A DNA stretch of 64,000 bases from positions 15,298 through 79,297 of the forward strand of contig JAVHRY010000092.1 of NCBI GenBank assembly GCA_036171915.1, in the 5' to 3' direction. Every line of letters begins with the position of its first letter. Position 1 is the stretch's first letter. A program made the translations under genes and the position numbers. Source of the DNA: Elusimicrobiales bacterium (GTDB lineage: Bacteria > Elusimicrobiota > Elusimicrobia > Elusimicrobiales > UBA9959). The notes below the pieces were generated by a model. It saw only the letters and a list, made by a program, of their open reading frames with translations. It searched no databases and was not told where the DNA came from. Of the stretch, positions 17,532-27,326 are shown in pieces.

Positions 17532-19028
17532 ATGGCGACCTCAAATATAAAGTTCGGCACCTCAGGCTGGAGGGCTATAATTGCCGAAGATTTCAATCTC
17601 TCGAACCTGCGCCGCGTCAGCCACGCGGTAGCCGACCACGTTAACAACAACAAGGAATACGGCTACAGGGGAGAGGAATACCTGCTGAATCTGAGAAAAA
17701 AAGGCAAGCCGGTCCCTAAAACGGCGACCATAATCATAGGGTACGACACGCGCTACCTGTCGGAAGATTTTGCCAGGAACGTGGCGGAAGCCCTGGCCGC
17801 GGAAAGCATTACCGCGATCATTTCCGACGTTGAGGCCCCCACCCCGGTGGTCGCCTGGGAAGTCCTGCGCACCTCGGCTTCGGGCGGAGTCATGATAACG
17901 GCCAGCCACAACCCGCCGTATTACAACGGTTTTAAATGGACGCCCTACTGGGGCGGCCCCGCCATGCCGGAGATCACGGCGGACCTTGAGGCCAGGGTAG
18001 GGAGCCTGACCATAGCCGAAATTGAAAGGCATATCCCCTTTGAGCGAGGAGCAGCGGCCGGAATAATCCGCGTGGAAGACTTCCATAAGAATTACTTCAA
18101 GCAGCTTTCCTCGCTGCTTGACCTGGGCGCCATTAAGAAAGCCGGACTTAAACTAGCCGCCGACTCGGTACACGGTGCGGCGCGCACCTACCTGCGGCCC
18201 ATGCTTGAGAGCGCCGGCGCCAAAGTTACCGGGCTGCGCGAAGATCGCGACGTGCTTTTCGGCGGACATTCCCCGGACACCGACGAGGAAAACCTGGCGG
18301 TGCTCAGGCAGACCGTGGTTAAGAACAAGCTCAACCTCGGGCTTGCCTGCGACGGGGACGCCGACCGTTTCGGCATAATAGATTCCGACGGCTCCTGGAT
18401 TTCCCCCAATCTGGTGCTGGGCCTGGTGCTTGAGCACCTGGTAAAGAACCGCGGGCTGAAAGGGAAATTCGCCCGTTCCGTAATGACCTCCCATTTTGCG
18501 GACGCCGTAGCGCGCAGCCACGGACTTGAAGTCAGGGAAACGGCTGTCGGTTTTAAACATATCGGCAACCTCCTGCGCACCGGCCAGTATCTGCTGGGCG
18601 GTGAAGAGTCGGGCGGACTTTCGATAATGAACCACGTCCCGGAGAAGGACGGCATTCTCGCCTGCCTGCTGATAGCCGAAATGGTAGCCTACGAGCGCAA
18701 GCCCATAAAGAAAATACTCGCGGAACTCAATAAGCGCGTGGGGAATTTCATTAATTCAAGGGTCAACCTGAAAGTTGACAAGAACATGAATATGGATTCG
18801 CTCATCGAGCGCCTGAGGCTCAACCCGCCGCTCAACCTCGCCGGGAACTCGGTCTGGCGCATTGACCACACCGACGGCTTTAAATTCATAATGAGGGACG
18901 GCAGCTGGCTTGGGCTGCGCCCCTCCGGGACGGAACCGCTGGTGCGCATTTACGCGGAATCCTCCTCGGCGCAAAAAACAGCCGCTTTGAACGAAGCGGG
19001 CAAAAGGATAGCGAGCGGCAAATTTTAA
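17532..19028 (+). CDS. Phosphoglucomutase/phosphomannomutase family protein
   Basis: Phosphoserine loop TASHNPPYYNG and Mg loop ACDGDADRFG. Start set at ATG 17532 (MATSNIKFGTSGWR). Confidence 0.9.
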   Translation: MATSNIKFGTSGWRAIIAEDFNLSNLRRVSHAVADHVNNNKEYGYRGEEYLLNLRKKGKPVPKTATIIIGYDTRYLSEDFARNVAEALAAESITAIISDVEAPTPVVAWEVLRTSASGGVMITASHNPPYYNGFKWTPYWGGPAMPEITADLEARVGSLTIAEIERHIPFERGAAAGIIRVEDFHKNYFKQLSSLLDLGAIKKAGLKLAADSVHGAARTYLRPMLESAGAKVTGLREDRDVLFGGHSPDTDEENLAVLRQTVVKNKLNLGLACDGDADRFGIIDSDGSWISPNLVLGLVLEHLVKNRGLKGKFARSVMTSHFADAVARSHGLEVRETAVGFKHIGNLLRTGQYLLGGEESGGLSIMNHVPEKDGILACLLIAEMVAYERKPIKKILAELNKRVGNFINSRVNLKVDKNMNMDSLIERLRLNPPLNLAGNSVWRIDHTDGFKFIMRDGSWLGLRPSGTEPLVRIYAESSSAQKTAALNEAGKRIASGKF

Positions 19029-19085
19029 CGAAGAGATCACGACAGCGCCTAAAAAGCTAATTGTGGTTTCTCTAAGGAAAAACAA

Positions 19086-20369
19086 ATGGACGCGAAAATA
19101 AAGAAGATCACGGCAAGGGAGATCCTGGATTCCCGCGGATTCCCGACGGTGGAAACCGACATTCTGCTTACAGACGGTTCCTTCGGGAGGGCGTCGGTGC
19201 CCAGCGGCGCCTCGACCGGCACGCACGAGGCGCTTGAGATGCGCGACGGCGGGAAGCGCTACCAGGGCAAGGGGGTAAGCAAGGCCGTTGAGAACGTCAA
19301 CACCGCCATAAACGAGGAGATAACCGGCCTCAAGGCGGACCAGGTCAGGATAGACGAGATGATGATAAAGCTGGACGATACCCAGATGAAAACGAAGCTG
19401 GGAGCTAATGCCATACTGTCCGTTTCAATGGCGCTGGCGCGGGCGGGCGCGGCCTCGGCAGGCCTCCCCTTGTACGCCTATATCCGCAAAGTTTACGGCC
19501 TGAAGCATAAGGACTTCATGATCCCCGCCCCGATGATGAATATAGTCAACGGCGGCAAGCACGCCGACTCCGGGCTCAACATCCAGGAGTTCATGATAGT
19601 CCCCACGGGCGCTGCCACATTTTGCGACGCTCTACGCATGGGCAGCGATATCTATCACACGCTCAAGGGCATTCTCGCCAAAGCCGGCTACACCGTGGCG
19701 GTAGGGGACGAAGGCGGATTTGCCCCGAGGATATTCACGCACGAATCGGTGCTTGAAACTATCTGCAACGCCATAAAAGAGGCCGGCTACACCTTTAAAG
19801 ACGCGCAAATAGCGTTAGACTCGGCGGCCAGCGAGTTCCACCAGAACGACAGGTACGTTTTTGAAGGTTCGAACCTTACGCACCAGGACCTCTCCTCCAG
19901 GTACACGGAGTGGAAAAAGAATTTCCCCATAGTCTCATATGAAGACCCCCTGGCAGAGGATGACTGGGAAGGGTGGAGTTATCTTTCGAAGCACCTAGGG
20001 AAAAAAGTGCGCATAGTGGGAGACGATATTTTTGTAACCAACCCGGAACGCCTTAAAAAGGGCATTGAAGAAGGAGTCGCTAATTCCATCCTGATAAAGC
20101 TGAACCAGATAGGCTCGCTTACGGAAACGGTGCGCGTCATAGAGATGGCGCACAAGGCCGAATACACTACGGTAATTTCCCACCGCTCGGGAGAGACGGA
20201 AGACCCCTTCATAGCCGACCTGGCCGTAGCCACCAACGCCGGAGCAATAAAGACGGGCGCCCCCTGCCGCTCGGAGCGCCTCTGCAAATACAACCAGCTT
20301 CTGCGCATTGAGGAAGAACTGGGCAAAAAAGCCCGTTACGCGAAGGATAGCTCCTTCAGGCTTAAATAA
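19086..20369 (+). CDS. eno: Enolase
   Basis: Full-length match to the enolase pattern ([25 protein letters not shown]). Confidence 0.97.
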   Translation: MDAKIKKITAREILDSRGFPTVETDILLTDGSFGRASVPSGASTGTHEALEMRDGGKRYQGKGVSKAVENVNTAINEEITGLKADQVRIDEMMIKLDDTQMKTKLGANAILSVSMALARAGAASAGLPLYAYIRKVYGLKHKDFMIPAPMMNIVNGGKHADSGLNIQEFMIVPTGAATFCDALRMGSDIYHTLKGILAKAGYTVAVGDEGGFAPRIFTHESVLETICNAIKEAGYTFKDAQIALDSAASEFHQNDRYVFEGSNLTHQDLSSRYTEWKKNFPIVSYEDPLAEDDWEGWSYLSKHLGKKVRIVGDDIFVTNPERLKKGIEEGVANSILIKLNQIGSLTETVRVIEMAHKAEYTTVISHRSGETEDPFIADLAVATNAGAIKTGAPCRSERLCKYNQLLRIEEELGKKARYAKDSSFRLK

Positions 20370-20384
20370 CCGGGCCTCCGCCAA

Positions 20385-20415
20385 AGCCCCGCCGCGCCGC
20401 GGCGGGGCTTTTTTA
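20385..20415 (+). terminator. Rho-independent terminator after eno
   Basis: AGCCCCGCCGCG-CCGC-GGCGGGGCT stem-loop followed by TTTTTT. Confidence 0.75.
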
Positions 20416-20426
20416 TAGTCTTTTAA

Positions 20427-20717
20427 ATGAAACAGATACGCTTTAAATTCAGCCTTAAATTCCTGGTCATTTTGCTGCTCGCAGCGCTGCTGCTGGGAAA
20501 CCGCGGCTTCAGGCGCCTTATCACTAATTTCGCGGAATACCGGCGCCTGCAGGCGCAAAGCTGCGAACTTGCCAGGCAGCGGGGCATCCTTGAAACACAG
20601 ATCAAGGAAACAACGGCCCGGCCGGCGATAGAAAAAAACGCCCGGAAAAATCTTGGGCTTATCCGCCCTGGAGAGACCGAGTACCGCTTTACCCCGCCCG
20701 CGGAGGCCGACAAATGA
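20427..20717 (+). CDS. ftsB: Septum formation initiator (FtsB/DivIC family)
   Basis: 96 aa with one N-terminal TM, a coiled-coil and a C-terminal ARKNLGLIRPGETEYRF motif. It holds the classical position downstream of eno. Confidence 0.7.
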   Translation: MKQIRFKFSLKFLVILLLAALLLGNRGFRRLITNFAEYRRLQAQSCELARQRGILETQIKETTARPAIEKNARKNLGLIRPGETEYRFTPPAEADK

Positions 20718-21340
20718 TCCGCCAATTCAAGCTTGGCCCGATGGATAATTTAGCCTACCTGCTCTGGGACGCGGACACAAAAGAAGCGGCGGCGGTAGAC
20801 CCGGCCTGGGAGCCTGAAAAGCTGGCTTCATTTATCAAGCAAGAGGGGCTGCTGCTCCGCTGCATCCTGCTGACCCACGCCCACCCGGACCATGTAAACG
20901 GAGTCGCTTATTTAACCGGGGCGGGCAATATGCCGGTTTACCTGCACTCCACCGACCATTTTATGCTGGAAACTCCTCCCCCGGGCTTGTGCGCCATTAA
21001 GGACGGTCAAAACCTTGAAGCCGGGCCGGTAAAGATAACGGTGCTTCATACTCCGGGACATACTCCGGGCTCCGTCTGCTACCTGGCGGATGGCGCGGTT
21101 TTTACAGGCGACACGCTGTTCATCGGGGAATGCGGCCGGGTTGACCTGCCGGGCTCAAGCCCGGAAGCGCTCTATGACAGTTTTGTCAAACTTGCGGCGC
21201 TCGCGGACGCCGCCAGGGTATATCCGGGGCACTCCTATAACGGAGACACCTCCACTTTAGGCGTGCAGAAAGAATATAACCTTTACCTGAAGCTCGCCCT
21301 GCAGGGACGCCGGGCCGACTTTCTAAAGGCGGTCTCTTGA
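20714..21340 (+). CDS. MBL-fold metallo-hydrolase (glyoxalase II-like)
   Basis: HxHxDH motif (LTHAHPDH), later HTPGHTPG, and a conserved Asp/His downstream. Confidence 0.8.
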   Translation: MIRQFKLGPMDNLAYLLWDADTKEAAAVDPAWEPEKLASFIKQEGLLLRCILLTHAHPDHVNGVAYLTGAGNMPVYLHSTDHFMLETPPPGLCAIKDGQNLEAGPVKITVLHTPGHTPGSVCYLADGAVFTGDTLFIGECGRVDLPGSSPEALYDSFVKLAALADAARVYPGHSYNGDTSTLGVQKEYNLYLKLALQGRRADFLKAVS

Positions 21341-21996
21341 CTTCCCCGAAGGGTTGGGCGGTGGTTTCCGACTTTGACGGAACGGTAACCCTGCGCGATG
21401 TGGGGGACCACCTGCTGCTGCATTACGGTTTCGCCGACCGCAAGACCATAGAGGGATCGTACTCGCTGAAAGTGCGCGTAGAAGATTTCATGAAGCGCGC
21501 CTTCTCTGGCGCCGGGCTGACAGCCGAAGTCATTGCCGGTTTCGTCAGGGAAAGAGTTAAAGCCAGGGCCGGCTTTAAGGAATTTGTTTCGTTTTGTGCC
21601 GCGACCGGAGTGCCGCTCGAAATTGTCAGCGGCGGAGTGGACCTTTACGCTAAACCCTTTTTTAAAAAGCACGGAGTTAAAGTAAAGTCTTTTTTCGGCA
21701 AGGCCAGGGTGGCCGGCGGCGGGATAAAGATCACCTACCCGTTCCTCAAGGGAATAGACCTCAGTTCGTTCAAAGCGCTCCGGGTGGCCCGCATGAAACG
21801 CGCCGGGCGCATGGTTATCTTTTTCGGCGACGGTCCCAACGATTTAAAAGCCGCCGCGCTGGCGGACCGCGTATACGCCGCGGACCGGCTTTACAGGCTC
21901 TGCCGGGAACGCGGCGTACCGGCCCGCCGGCTTACGAACTTTTTCGCGGCGTCGGAATTTTTAAGGAAACACCAGACACAGGGCACTGACCGCTAG
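21337..21996 (+). CDS. HAD-superfamily phosphatase (MtnX/PSPase-like)
   Basis: Motif I VVSDFDGTVT and a late FFGDGPND motif. The start is uncertain (TTG 21337 or GTG 21361). Confidence 0.55.
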   Translation: MTSPKGWAVVSDFDGTVTLRDVGDHLLLHYGFADRKTIEGSYSLKVRVEDFMKRAFSGAGLTAEVIAGFVRERVKARAGFKEFVSFCAATGVPLEIVSGGVDLYAKPFFKKHGVKVKSFFGKARVAGGGIKITYPFLKGIDLSSFKALRVARMKRAGRMVIFFGDGPNDLKAAALADRVYAADRLYRLCRERGVPARRLTNFFAASEFLRKHQTQGTDR

Positions 21997-22005
21997 GCGC
22001 CAACT

Positions 22006-22803
22006 ATGCACCCGATAATTTTTCAGCTTGGCTCATTCAAATTCCCGTCTTACGGCCTTATGGTCGCAACCGGCTACCTGGCAGCCATACTGTACATCCT
22101 CCGCAAGGCCGGCCGAGCCGGCTTCAGAAAAGAGGACCTGTCCGACCTGATATTTTACTCCGTGCTCTCAGGCATGGCGGGAGCCAAGCTCTTCTATGCC
22201 GCCACTTACTGGAGGGAATTCGGAGCCACTTTCTACGGCAGGGCGGCCTATCTGCTTAGGACCTTCCAGTACGGCTTCGTATTTTACGGCGGGCTTATAG
22301 CCGGCGGGGCGGCGTTCTTTATTACCGCCGGCAGGAAGAAAATGACGGCGCTAAAAGCCGCCGACCTGTGCGCGCCCGCCCTGGCGCTGGGCCACGCCTT
22401 CGGCCGCATCGGCTGTTTTTTAGCCGGCTGCTGCCACGGCAGCCCCACCTCCTGCGCCCTCAGCGTCACTTTTAACGACCCGGCTTCCGAAGTTAATCCA
22501 CTTTACCTCGGGGTGCCGCTGCACCCTACCCAGCTTTACGAATCCGCCGGCAACTTTATTATTTTCCTGGCGCTTAATGCCGCACTCTCCCGCTCGCTCA
22601 AAGGCAGGCTGCCGGCGGGCGCCGTCATAACGCTTTACGCCGCTCTTTATTCCCTGGAAAGGTTCCTGGTTGAATTTTTACGGGGGGACGACCGCGGCGC
22701 CATGCATTTCGGTCTCTCGCCGGCACAATTAATTTCGGCGGCTGTTTATGCCGCGGCGGTCATATTGCTGATAAAGGTAATGTCTAAAAATGAAAAAGAA
22801 TAA
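22006..22803 (+). CDS. lgt: Prolipoprotein diacylglyceryl transferase
   Basis: Polytopic membrane protein with the Lgt signature GRIGCFLAGCCHG and HPTQLYES. Confidence 0.9.
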   Translation: MHPIIFQLGSFKFPSYGLMVATGYLAAILYILRKAGRAGFRKEDLSDLIFYSVLSGMAGAKLFYAATYWREFGATFYGRAAYLLRTFQYGFVFYGGLIAGGAAFFITAGRKKMTALKAADLCAPALALGHAFGRIGCFLAGCCHGSPTSCALSVTFNDPASEVNPLYLGVPLHPTQLYESAGNFIIFLALNAALSRSLKGRLPAGAVITLYAALYSLERFLVEFLRGDDRGAMHFGLSPAQLISAAVYAAAVILLIKVMSKNEKE

Positions 22804-23704
22804 ACTGTCTTACTCGGGCGAGCCCTGCCGGCTTGACGTTTTTCTGACGCAGACCGGAGAAAATTTTTCCCGTTCTTTCGTGCGCCACATGATAGAGGGC
22901 GGCCTGGTAACGGTTAACGGCGCTGAAAAAAAACCCGCCTTCGTGCTTAACCCCGGGGACGAGGTCACGGTATCAGCCCCGGCTTCGGGGGAACTGCAGG
23001 CCGGTTTTGAGGACCTGGTATTTTTCGAGGACAAGTCCCTGATGGCCATAAACAAGCCGGCCGGCCTTTCAGTACACCCGAACTCAGCCAACTGGGAGGT
23101 AAACCCGCAGGCGGCCCTGCTGGGCGAGCCTACCCTTGTGTCCCTGATCTTTTCGGCAAGGCCTAAAATGGCGAAGATGGGGCTTGAAAGGCTGGGGCTG
23201 GTGCACCGCCTGGACCGCGACACCAGCGGCCTTATGCTGCTGGCAAAAACCCCCGAGGCCCAGGAGGCGCTTACGGAAGGCTTCCGGGAGCGCAGGATGG
23301 AGAAGACCTACGTAGGCGCCATAACCGGTATCCCTAAATTAAAAAAAGGACTTATAGACGCGCCCATCGGCCGGGCCAGCGGATTTAAAAAGATTAAAGT
23401 CTGGGAGTACGGCAGGGAAGCGCGAACGGAATACACCGTAAAGGAAACTGGTAAAAAATGCGCGCTGCTGGAAATACACCCGACTACCGGACGCACCAAC
23501 CAGATAAGGATACACCTGGCGCACATAGGCCACCCCATAATAGGGGACAAACTTTACGGCGGCCCCGTTGCGGAGCGCATGCTGCTGCACTCGTTCTCTC
23601 TGGTTTTCGCCCACCCCGTGACCGGGAAGAAAACAAAGATCAAGTCCCCCCTCCCGGAGGACTTTAAGACATTGTGGAAAAAAATAAAGGCGGGCAGCAG
23701 GTGA
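22790..23704 (+). CDS. rluD: RluA/RluD-family 23S rRNA pseudouridine synthase
   Basis: N-terminal S4-like region, catalytic HRLDRDTSGLMLLAK, and a conserved Y..(L/V)..G motif region. Confidence 0.85.
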   Translation: MKKNKLSYSGEPCRLDVFLTQTGENFSRSFVRHMIEGGLVTVNGAEKKPAFVLNPGDEVTVSAPASGELQAGFEDLVFFEDKSLMAINKPAGLSVHPNSANWEVNPQAALLGEPTLVSLIFSARPKMAKMGLERLGLVHRLDRDTSGLMLLAKTPEAQEALTEGFRERRMEKTYVGAITGIPKLKKGLIDAPIGRASGFKKIKVWEYGREARTEYTVKETGKKCALLEIHPTTGRTNQIRIHLAHIGHPIIGDKLYGGPVAERMLLHSFSLVFAHPVTGKKTKIKSPLPEDFKTLWKKIKAGSR

Positions 23705-23740
23705 CGGACTGGTACTACTGTGTCACAAAAAGGATGCTCC

Positions 23741-23909
23741 TAGGAGCCTGTCCGACATAAGCGATTTCGCCTGTAATTGCCGCTTTTGTCCTGCGCCTTT
23801 GCGACGCTCAACTTACAACCTCCGTCGAGGGTGCTCGTTTCGCGTCGCTTCGGCTCGGCTCCAAAATCGGCAATTTCGTCATGAAAGCCTTATGTCGGAC
23901 AGGCTCCTA
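23741..23909. mobile_element. MITE/Correia-like nonautonomous element, copy 1 (165-bp body, perfect 19-bp TIRs, TA on both flanks)
   Basis: TA-GGAGCCTGTCCGACATAAG...CTTATGTCGGACAGGCTCC-TA. The body is a long imperfect palindrome. A second copy with 159/165 identity lies in reverse orientation at 56714-56882. Confidence 0.8.
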
Positions 23910-24131
23910 GTAAAAAATATTTACCGCAGAGTCGAAGAGGATGCAGAGTGGAGCAAAGCGACACCGCAGTAAAGAGTATCGGAGAAAAGGATTATGACAA
24001 CTCTGCGCCTCCGCGGTGAAATATGACTGGCTATGTCCCCGGTTAAAGCCCCTGCTGCGCATAACCTTCACGAATTTGCTGACACAATAGCACCGGGGAA
24101 ATGGACTAATAACCCGGCCCTCGGCCGACGG

Positions 24132-25739
24132 CTATAATTTAGATACCGAAGCGAAAACCCGGAAATCCAGCCTGGGGAAAAGGCTGTTCTGTTTTTCAAG
24201 CGCGGAAAGCGCGGCCTCGTCCACGCCCTTCTCTATAACTTCACCCAGGAGTTTTAACGCGTTAACCGCGTGGTCTTCAAGGCGGGACTTGGCGTAATCC
24301 GAGTGCGAACCTATATACATAAGGAAGGCCCAGTCCGAAGATTGCGCGAGCAGCGTTTCACGCGCGGCCTGGTTAAGCGCCCTGGCGGCCAGGCCGGAAA
24401 GGTCCTGGTTGCGGAAGCGGTTGGCCGTCTCTATCATCTTGTCGGTGGCGGAATATACGGCGGAATAAATAAAATCGTTCTTATCGTTAACCCACGGGTC
24501 AAAATAGCCGTTCTCCCCCCACGAAGAAATACCCGGGGTAATTTCGGGCGGCTCCTGGCAGGAATTAAGATATTCTGAAGGCGTGGCGAACTGCAGCGGC
24601 AGGCGTTCCGCGCGTATTTTCCGGATGACGGCCTCCAGGAAAGCCGGCCCCTCAAACCACCAGTGCCCGAAAAGCTCGGCGTCATAGCAGCTCACTATAA
24701 GCGGCCGTGTTCCGCGCGCCGCGTAGAATTCATCCGTCTGCCTGATGCGCCGCGCCAGGAAATCCGAGGCGTGCGCCTCAACCCTGGCCAACGCCGCCTC
24801 GGGGTCGTAATACTGCTTGGCCGCCAGCTCGGTGCCGCCGCCGGTTATCCTGTGGTATTTAAGCCCCAGCGGGCGCCGGGCCCCGTCGGCGCCAAGGTAG
24901 GGGCGCACATATTCATACTCCCCGTCATAGCCGAAGTCGCGGTAAAATTCGCGGTAGGCCGGATCTCCGGGATAGCCGAACTTGGCGCTCCAGACCTCGC
25001 GGGAGCTTGAGGCGTCCCTGGCAAAAATGCCGAGCCCGTTGGACGTGCGATAGGGCGAATAAACTCCGTTGGGGGCCGAGGGATAAGCCAGCTCGACAGA
25101 GTGGGATTCCGTAAAAGTGTAGCTAAACCCTGAAAGTTTAAGATAAGAATTAAGGCGCGGCTCATAGGCGCACTCGGGCAGCCAGAAGCCGGAGGGCTTG
25201 CGGTTGAACCTGTCCAGGTAATCTTCAGCGGCCACCGCCACCTGGGCGCGCACGGCCTCGGGCCGGGCCAGCAGCGGAAGCACGGCGTGCGTGGCGGAGG
25301 TGGTTATTATTTCTATCTGCCCGGAATACTGAAGAGCCTTAAGGGGAGTTATAAGGTCGCCGCTGTATTTATGCAGCAGGGAGGCGGCGTCCAGGTAAAG
25401 TTTATGGTAAAGTTTTACCGTCTTGAGCAGAGCGCCGTCGTCGCGCGCGCGGTCCAGCTCCCGGCCGATAAGTTCAAGGCGGGACTCCACATAAAGCTGC
25501 AGCTTGTTTTCAAGCGCCTCGTTTTCGAGCATCGCCCCCAGCGTCGGAGAAATTGAGACGGCTATGGCCGGGCGTATACCCTCCGCGGCCAGGCGTTCAA
25601 GCATGGAAATTATGGGGACGTAAGTTTCGACCACGGCCTCGAAGAACCAGCTCTCCTCAAGAAAAGCGGAGTCCTGCGGGTGATTCACGTAAGGCAGGTG
25701 CGCGTGAAGCAGGAACATCAGCGTGGCGCGGGAGCTCAT
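24132..25739 (-). CDS. Glycoside hydrolase family 57 protein (glycogen branching-enzyme type)
   Basis: N-terminal FLLHAHLPYVNHP signature of GH57 enzymes. Length (~535 aa) and C-terminal helical region are typical of GH57 branching enzymes. Confidence 0.8.
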   Translation of the reverse strand: MSSRATLMFLLHAHLPYVNHPQDSAFLEESWFFEAVVETYVPIISMLERLAAEGIRPAIAVSISPTLGAMLENEALENKLQLYVESRLELIGRELDRARDDGALLKTVKLYHKLYLDAASLLHKYSGDLITPLKALQYSGQIEIITTSATHAVLPLLARPEAVRAQVAVAAEDYLDRFNRKPSGFWLPECAYEPRLNSYLKLSGFSYTFTESHSVELAYPSAPNGVYSPYRTSNGLGIFARDASSSREVWSAKFGYPGDPAYREFYRDFGYDGEYEYVRPYLGADGARRPLGLKYHRITGGGTELAAKQYYDPEAALARVEAHASDFLARRIRQTDEFYAARGTRPLIVSCYDAELFGHWWFEGPAFLEAVIRKIRAERLPLQFATPSEYLNSCQEPPEITPGISSWGENGYFDPWVNDKNDFIYSAVYSATDKMIETANRFRNQDLSGLAARALNQAARETLLAQSSDWAFLMYIGSHSDYAKSRLEDHAVNALKLLGEVIEKGVDEAALSALEKQNSLFPRLDFRVFASVSKL

Positions 25740-26125
25740 ACCTGGGCCTTCTTGTGGAATTCCAGGCTGGCGTAGGCCCGGTCCTGCTCCCGGCCCGCCG
25801 CGGCCGGCGCGGCCGCCTGGTTTGACTCGAGAATTTTTTCCCAGGCGCCGCCGCGCAGGGCGTAAAGCGAGGCCTGGTAGGTTTTCCCCTGCGCCGGCAC
25901 AGGCAGGTAAGCCCGCCCGGCCTGCCAGTGCGCCCTGTGCGCCGGGGCGGCGGCATTGTCCCCGGCATAGGCCAGGCGCAATTCCACTTCGGGAGCCAGC
26001 GCCGCGGAGACAAAAGCTTTCGCCCTTCCGGCTGAAAATTGCCAGAAAATAAAAAACATTCCCGGGTTTTTAGGGAGCAGCACAAGTTTGTCTTCTGCCG
26101 GAAGCGGTTTTGAAAGTTCGGTCAT
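25736..26125 (-). CDS. Small conserved hypothetical protein, possibly DUF4912-like partner of the GH57 enzyme
   Basis: LVLLPKNPGMFFIFWQF resembles the DUF4912 N-terminal pattern. Translationally coupled (ATGA overlap) to the GH57 gene. Confidence 0.4.
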   Translation of the reverse strand: MTELSKPLPAEDKLVLLPKNPGMFFIFWQFSAGRAKAFVSAALAPEVELRLAYAGDNAAAPAHRAHWQAGRAYLPVPAQGKTYQASLYALRGGAWEKILESNQAAAPAAAGREQDRAYASLEFHKKAQV

Positions 26126-26147
26126 AGCACCAGTTATAATTTACCAA

Positions 26148-26177
26148 ATTTTAGGTGATTTAAAAATGTATTTTCAA
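26148..26177 (-). promoter_or_regulatory. Sigma-70-type promoter candidate for the DUF4912-like/GH57 pair (TTGAAA-18-TAAAAT)
   Basis: On the minus strand, TTGAAA (26172-26177) and TAAAAT (26148-26153) are separated by 18 nt, in an AT-rich divergent intergenic region. Confidence 0.4.
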
Positions 26178-26239
26178 AAGGCCTTTTTTTTATATCATAT
26201 TATTGACGTATCACCAGAGTTCCAAAAAGAGGAGCGCCG

Positions 26240-27274
26240 ATGCAAGCTATTTCAAAAATCTCCCGCGCGCGCGGAGCAGCCTACCGCGACGCTCCGGTCC
26301 CTGTTATCAACAAAGAAGAACTGCTTGTCCGCGTAACCGCCGCTTCCATAAGCCCGGGGGACCTCGCTATTTATAATTCCGCCGGCCCCGGCTTTGTAAC
26401 TCCGACCCTCCCGTTTATTTTCGGGAGGGAATTCTGCGGCGAAGTCGTTGAAATAGGCACCCTGGCGAAAGGCTTTGACAAAGGCGACTTCGTTTCGGTA
26501 GAATCGCATATTTTCTGCGGGGTCTGCGGCCAGTGCCGTAACGACCAGCGGCATATCTGCCAGAACCTGCGTATAATAGGGCGTGATATTCCCGGGGGCC
26601 TGGCCGAATACGCCGCCGTGCCTGCGCGTTGTGCCTGGAAACACACTGACGACTCATTAAAAGATATCGGCGCAGTAATGGCGTCTTTCGGGAGTTCCGT
26701 GCACGCGGTGCTCTCCGAGGACCTGGTAGGCCGCACCGTACTTATTTCAGGCTGCGCGCCGCAGGGGTTGTTCGCGACAGCCATCGCTAAGGCCGGCGGC
26801 GCCCGGAAGGTTATAACCCTGGACGCTTCAGGTTACCGCAGGAAACTCGCGCTGAAGATGGGCGCCGACGTAGTCATAGATCCTTCCGGCGCCGGGTGCG
26901 CCGGGGAAATAGCCAAGATCTGCGGGCCGGAGGGCGTAGACGAGGTTATAGAAATGAGCGGCGGTGCGAAGGCGGTCGCCCGCGGCCTGAAAGCCCTGCG
27001 CCCCGGCGGACGCTTCGTGGCCTTCGGGCTGCCTGAGGCGGAACTCAGCCTGGACTACGCCGGCGACATCGTTAAGCGCGGCATACGCCTTGAGGGCGTG
27101 GCGGGCCGCGAGATCTTCCGGAGCTGGTACAAGATGGAAAGTCTGCTTAAATCCGGCGCAGTAAACCCCCGCCCCGCGGTCACCCACACCTTCAGCTTCA
27201 GGGACTTTAAAAAGGCTTTCGCTCTTATAAATTCCAAGGATAAAAAGTGCGGAAAGATAATCCTGACGCCGTAA
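26240..27274 (+). CDS. tdh: L-threonine 3-dehydrogenase (Zn-dependent MDR family)
   Basis: Zn-ADH motifs GREFCGEVVEIG and CGVCGQCRNDQRHIC. AGAGGAG SD. Adjacent to kbl as in classical tdh-kbl operons. Confidence 0.8.
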   Translation: MQAISKISRARGAAYRDAPVPVINKEELLVRVTAASISPGDLAIYNSAGPGFVTPTLPFIFGREFCGEVVEIGTLAKGFDKGDFVSVESHIFCGVCGQCRNDQRHICQNLRIIGRDIPGGLAEYAAVPARCAWKHTDDSLKDIGAVMASFGSSVHAVLSEDLVGRTVLISGCAPQGLFATAIAKAGGARKVITLDASGYRRKLALKMGADVVIDPSGAGCAGEIAKICGPEGVDEVIEMSGGAKAVARGLKALRPGGRFVAFGLPEAELSLDYAGDIVKRGIRLEGVAGREIFRSWYKMESLLKSGAVNPRPAVTHTFSFRDFKKAFALINSKDKKCGKIILTP

Positions 27275-27326
27275 GCGCCGGGGTTTCGGGACTTTTAATT
27301 TCCAGTTAATAAGGAGATACCAACAA

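Noticed and set aside
22137-22146. 10-nt match (CCTGTCCGAC) to the MITE terminal repeat inside lgt.
   Set aside because: The match does not extend, has no partner repeat, and lies in conserved coding sequence. It is chance similarity.
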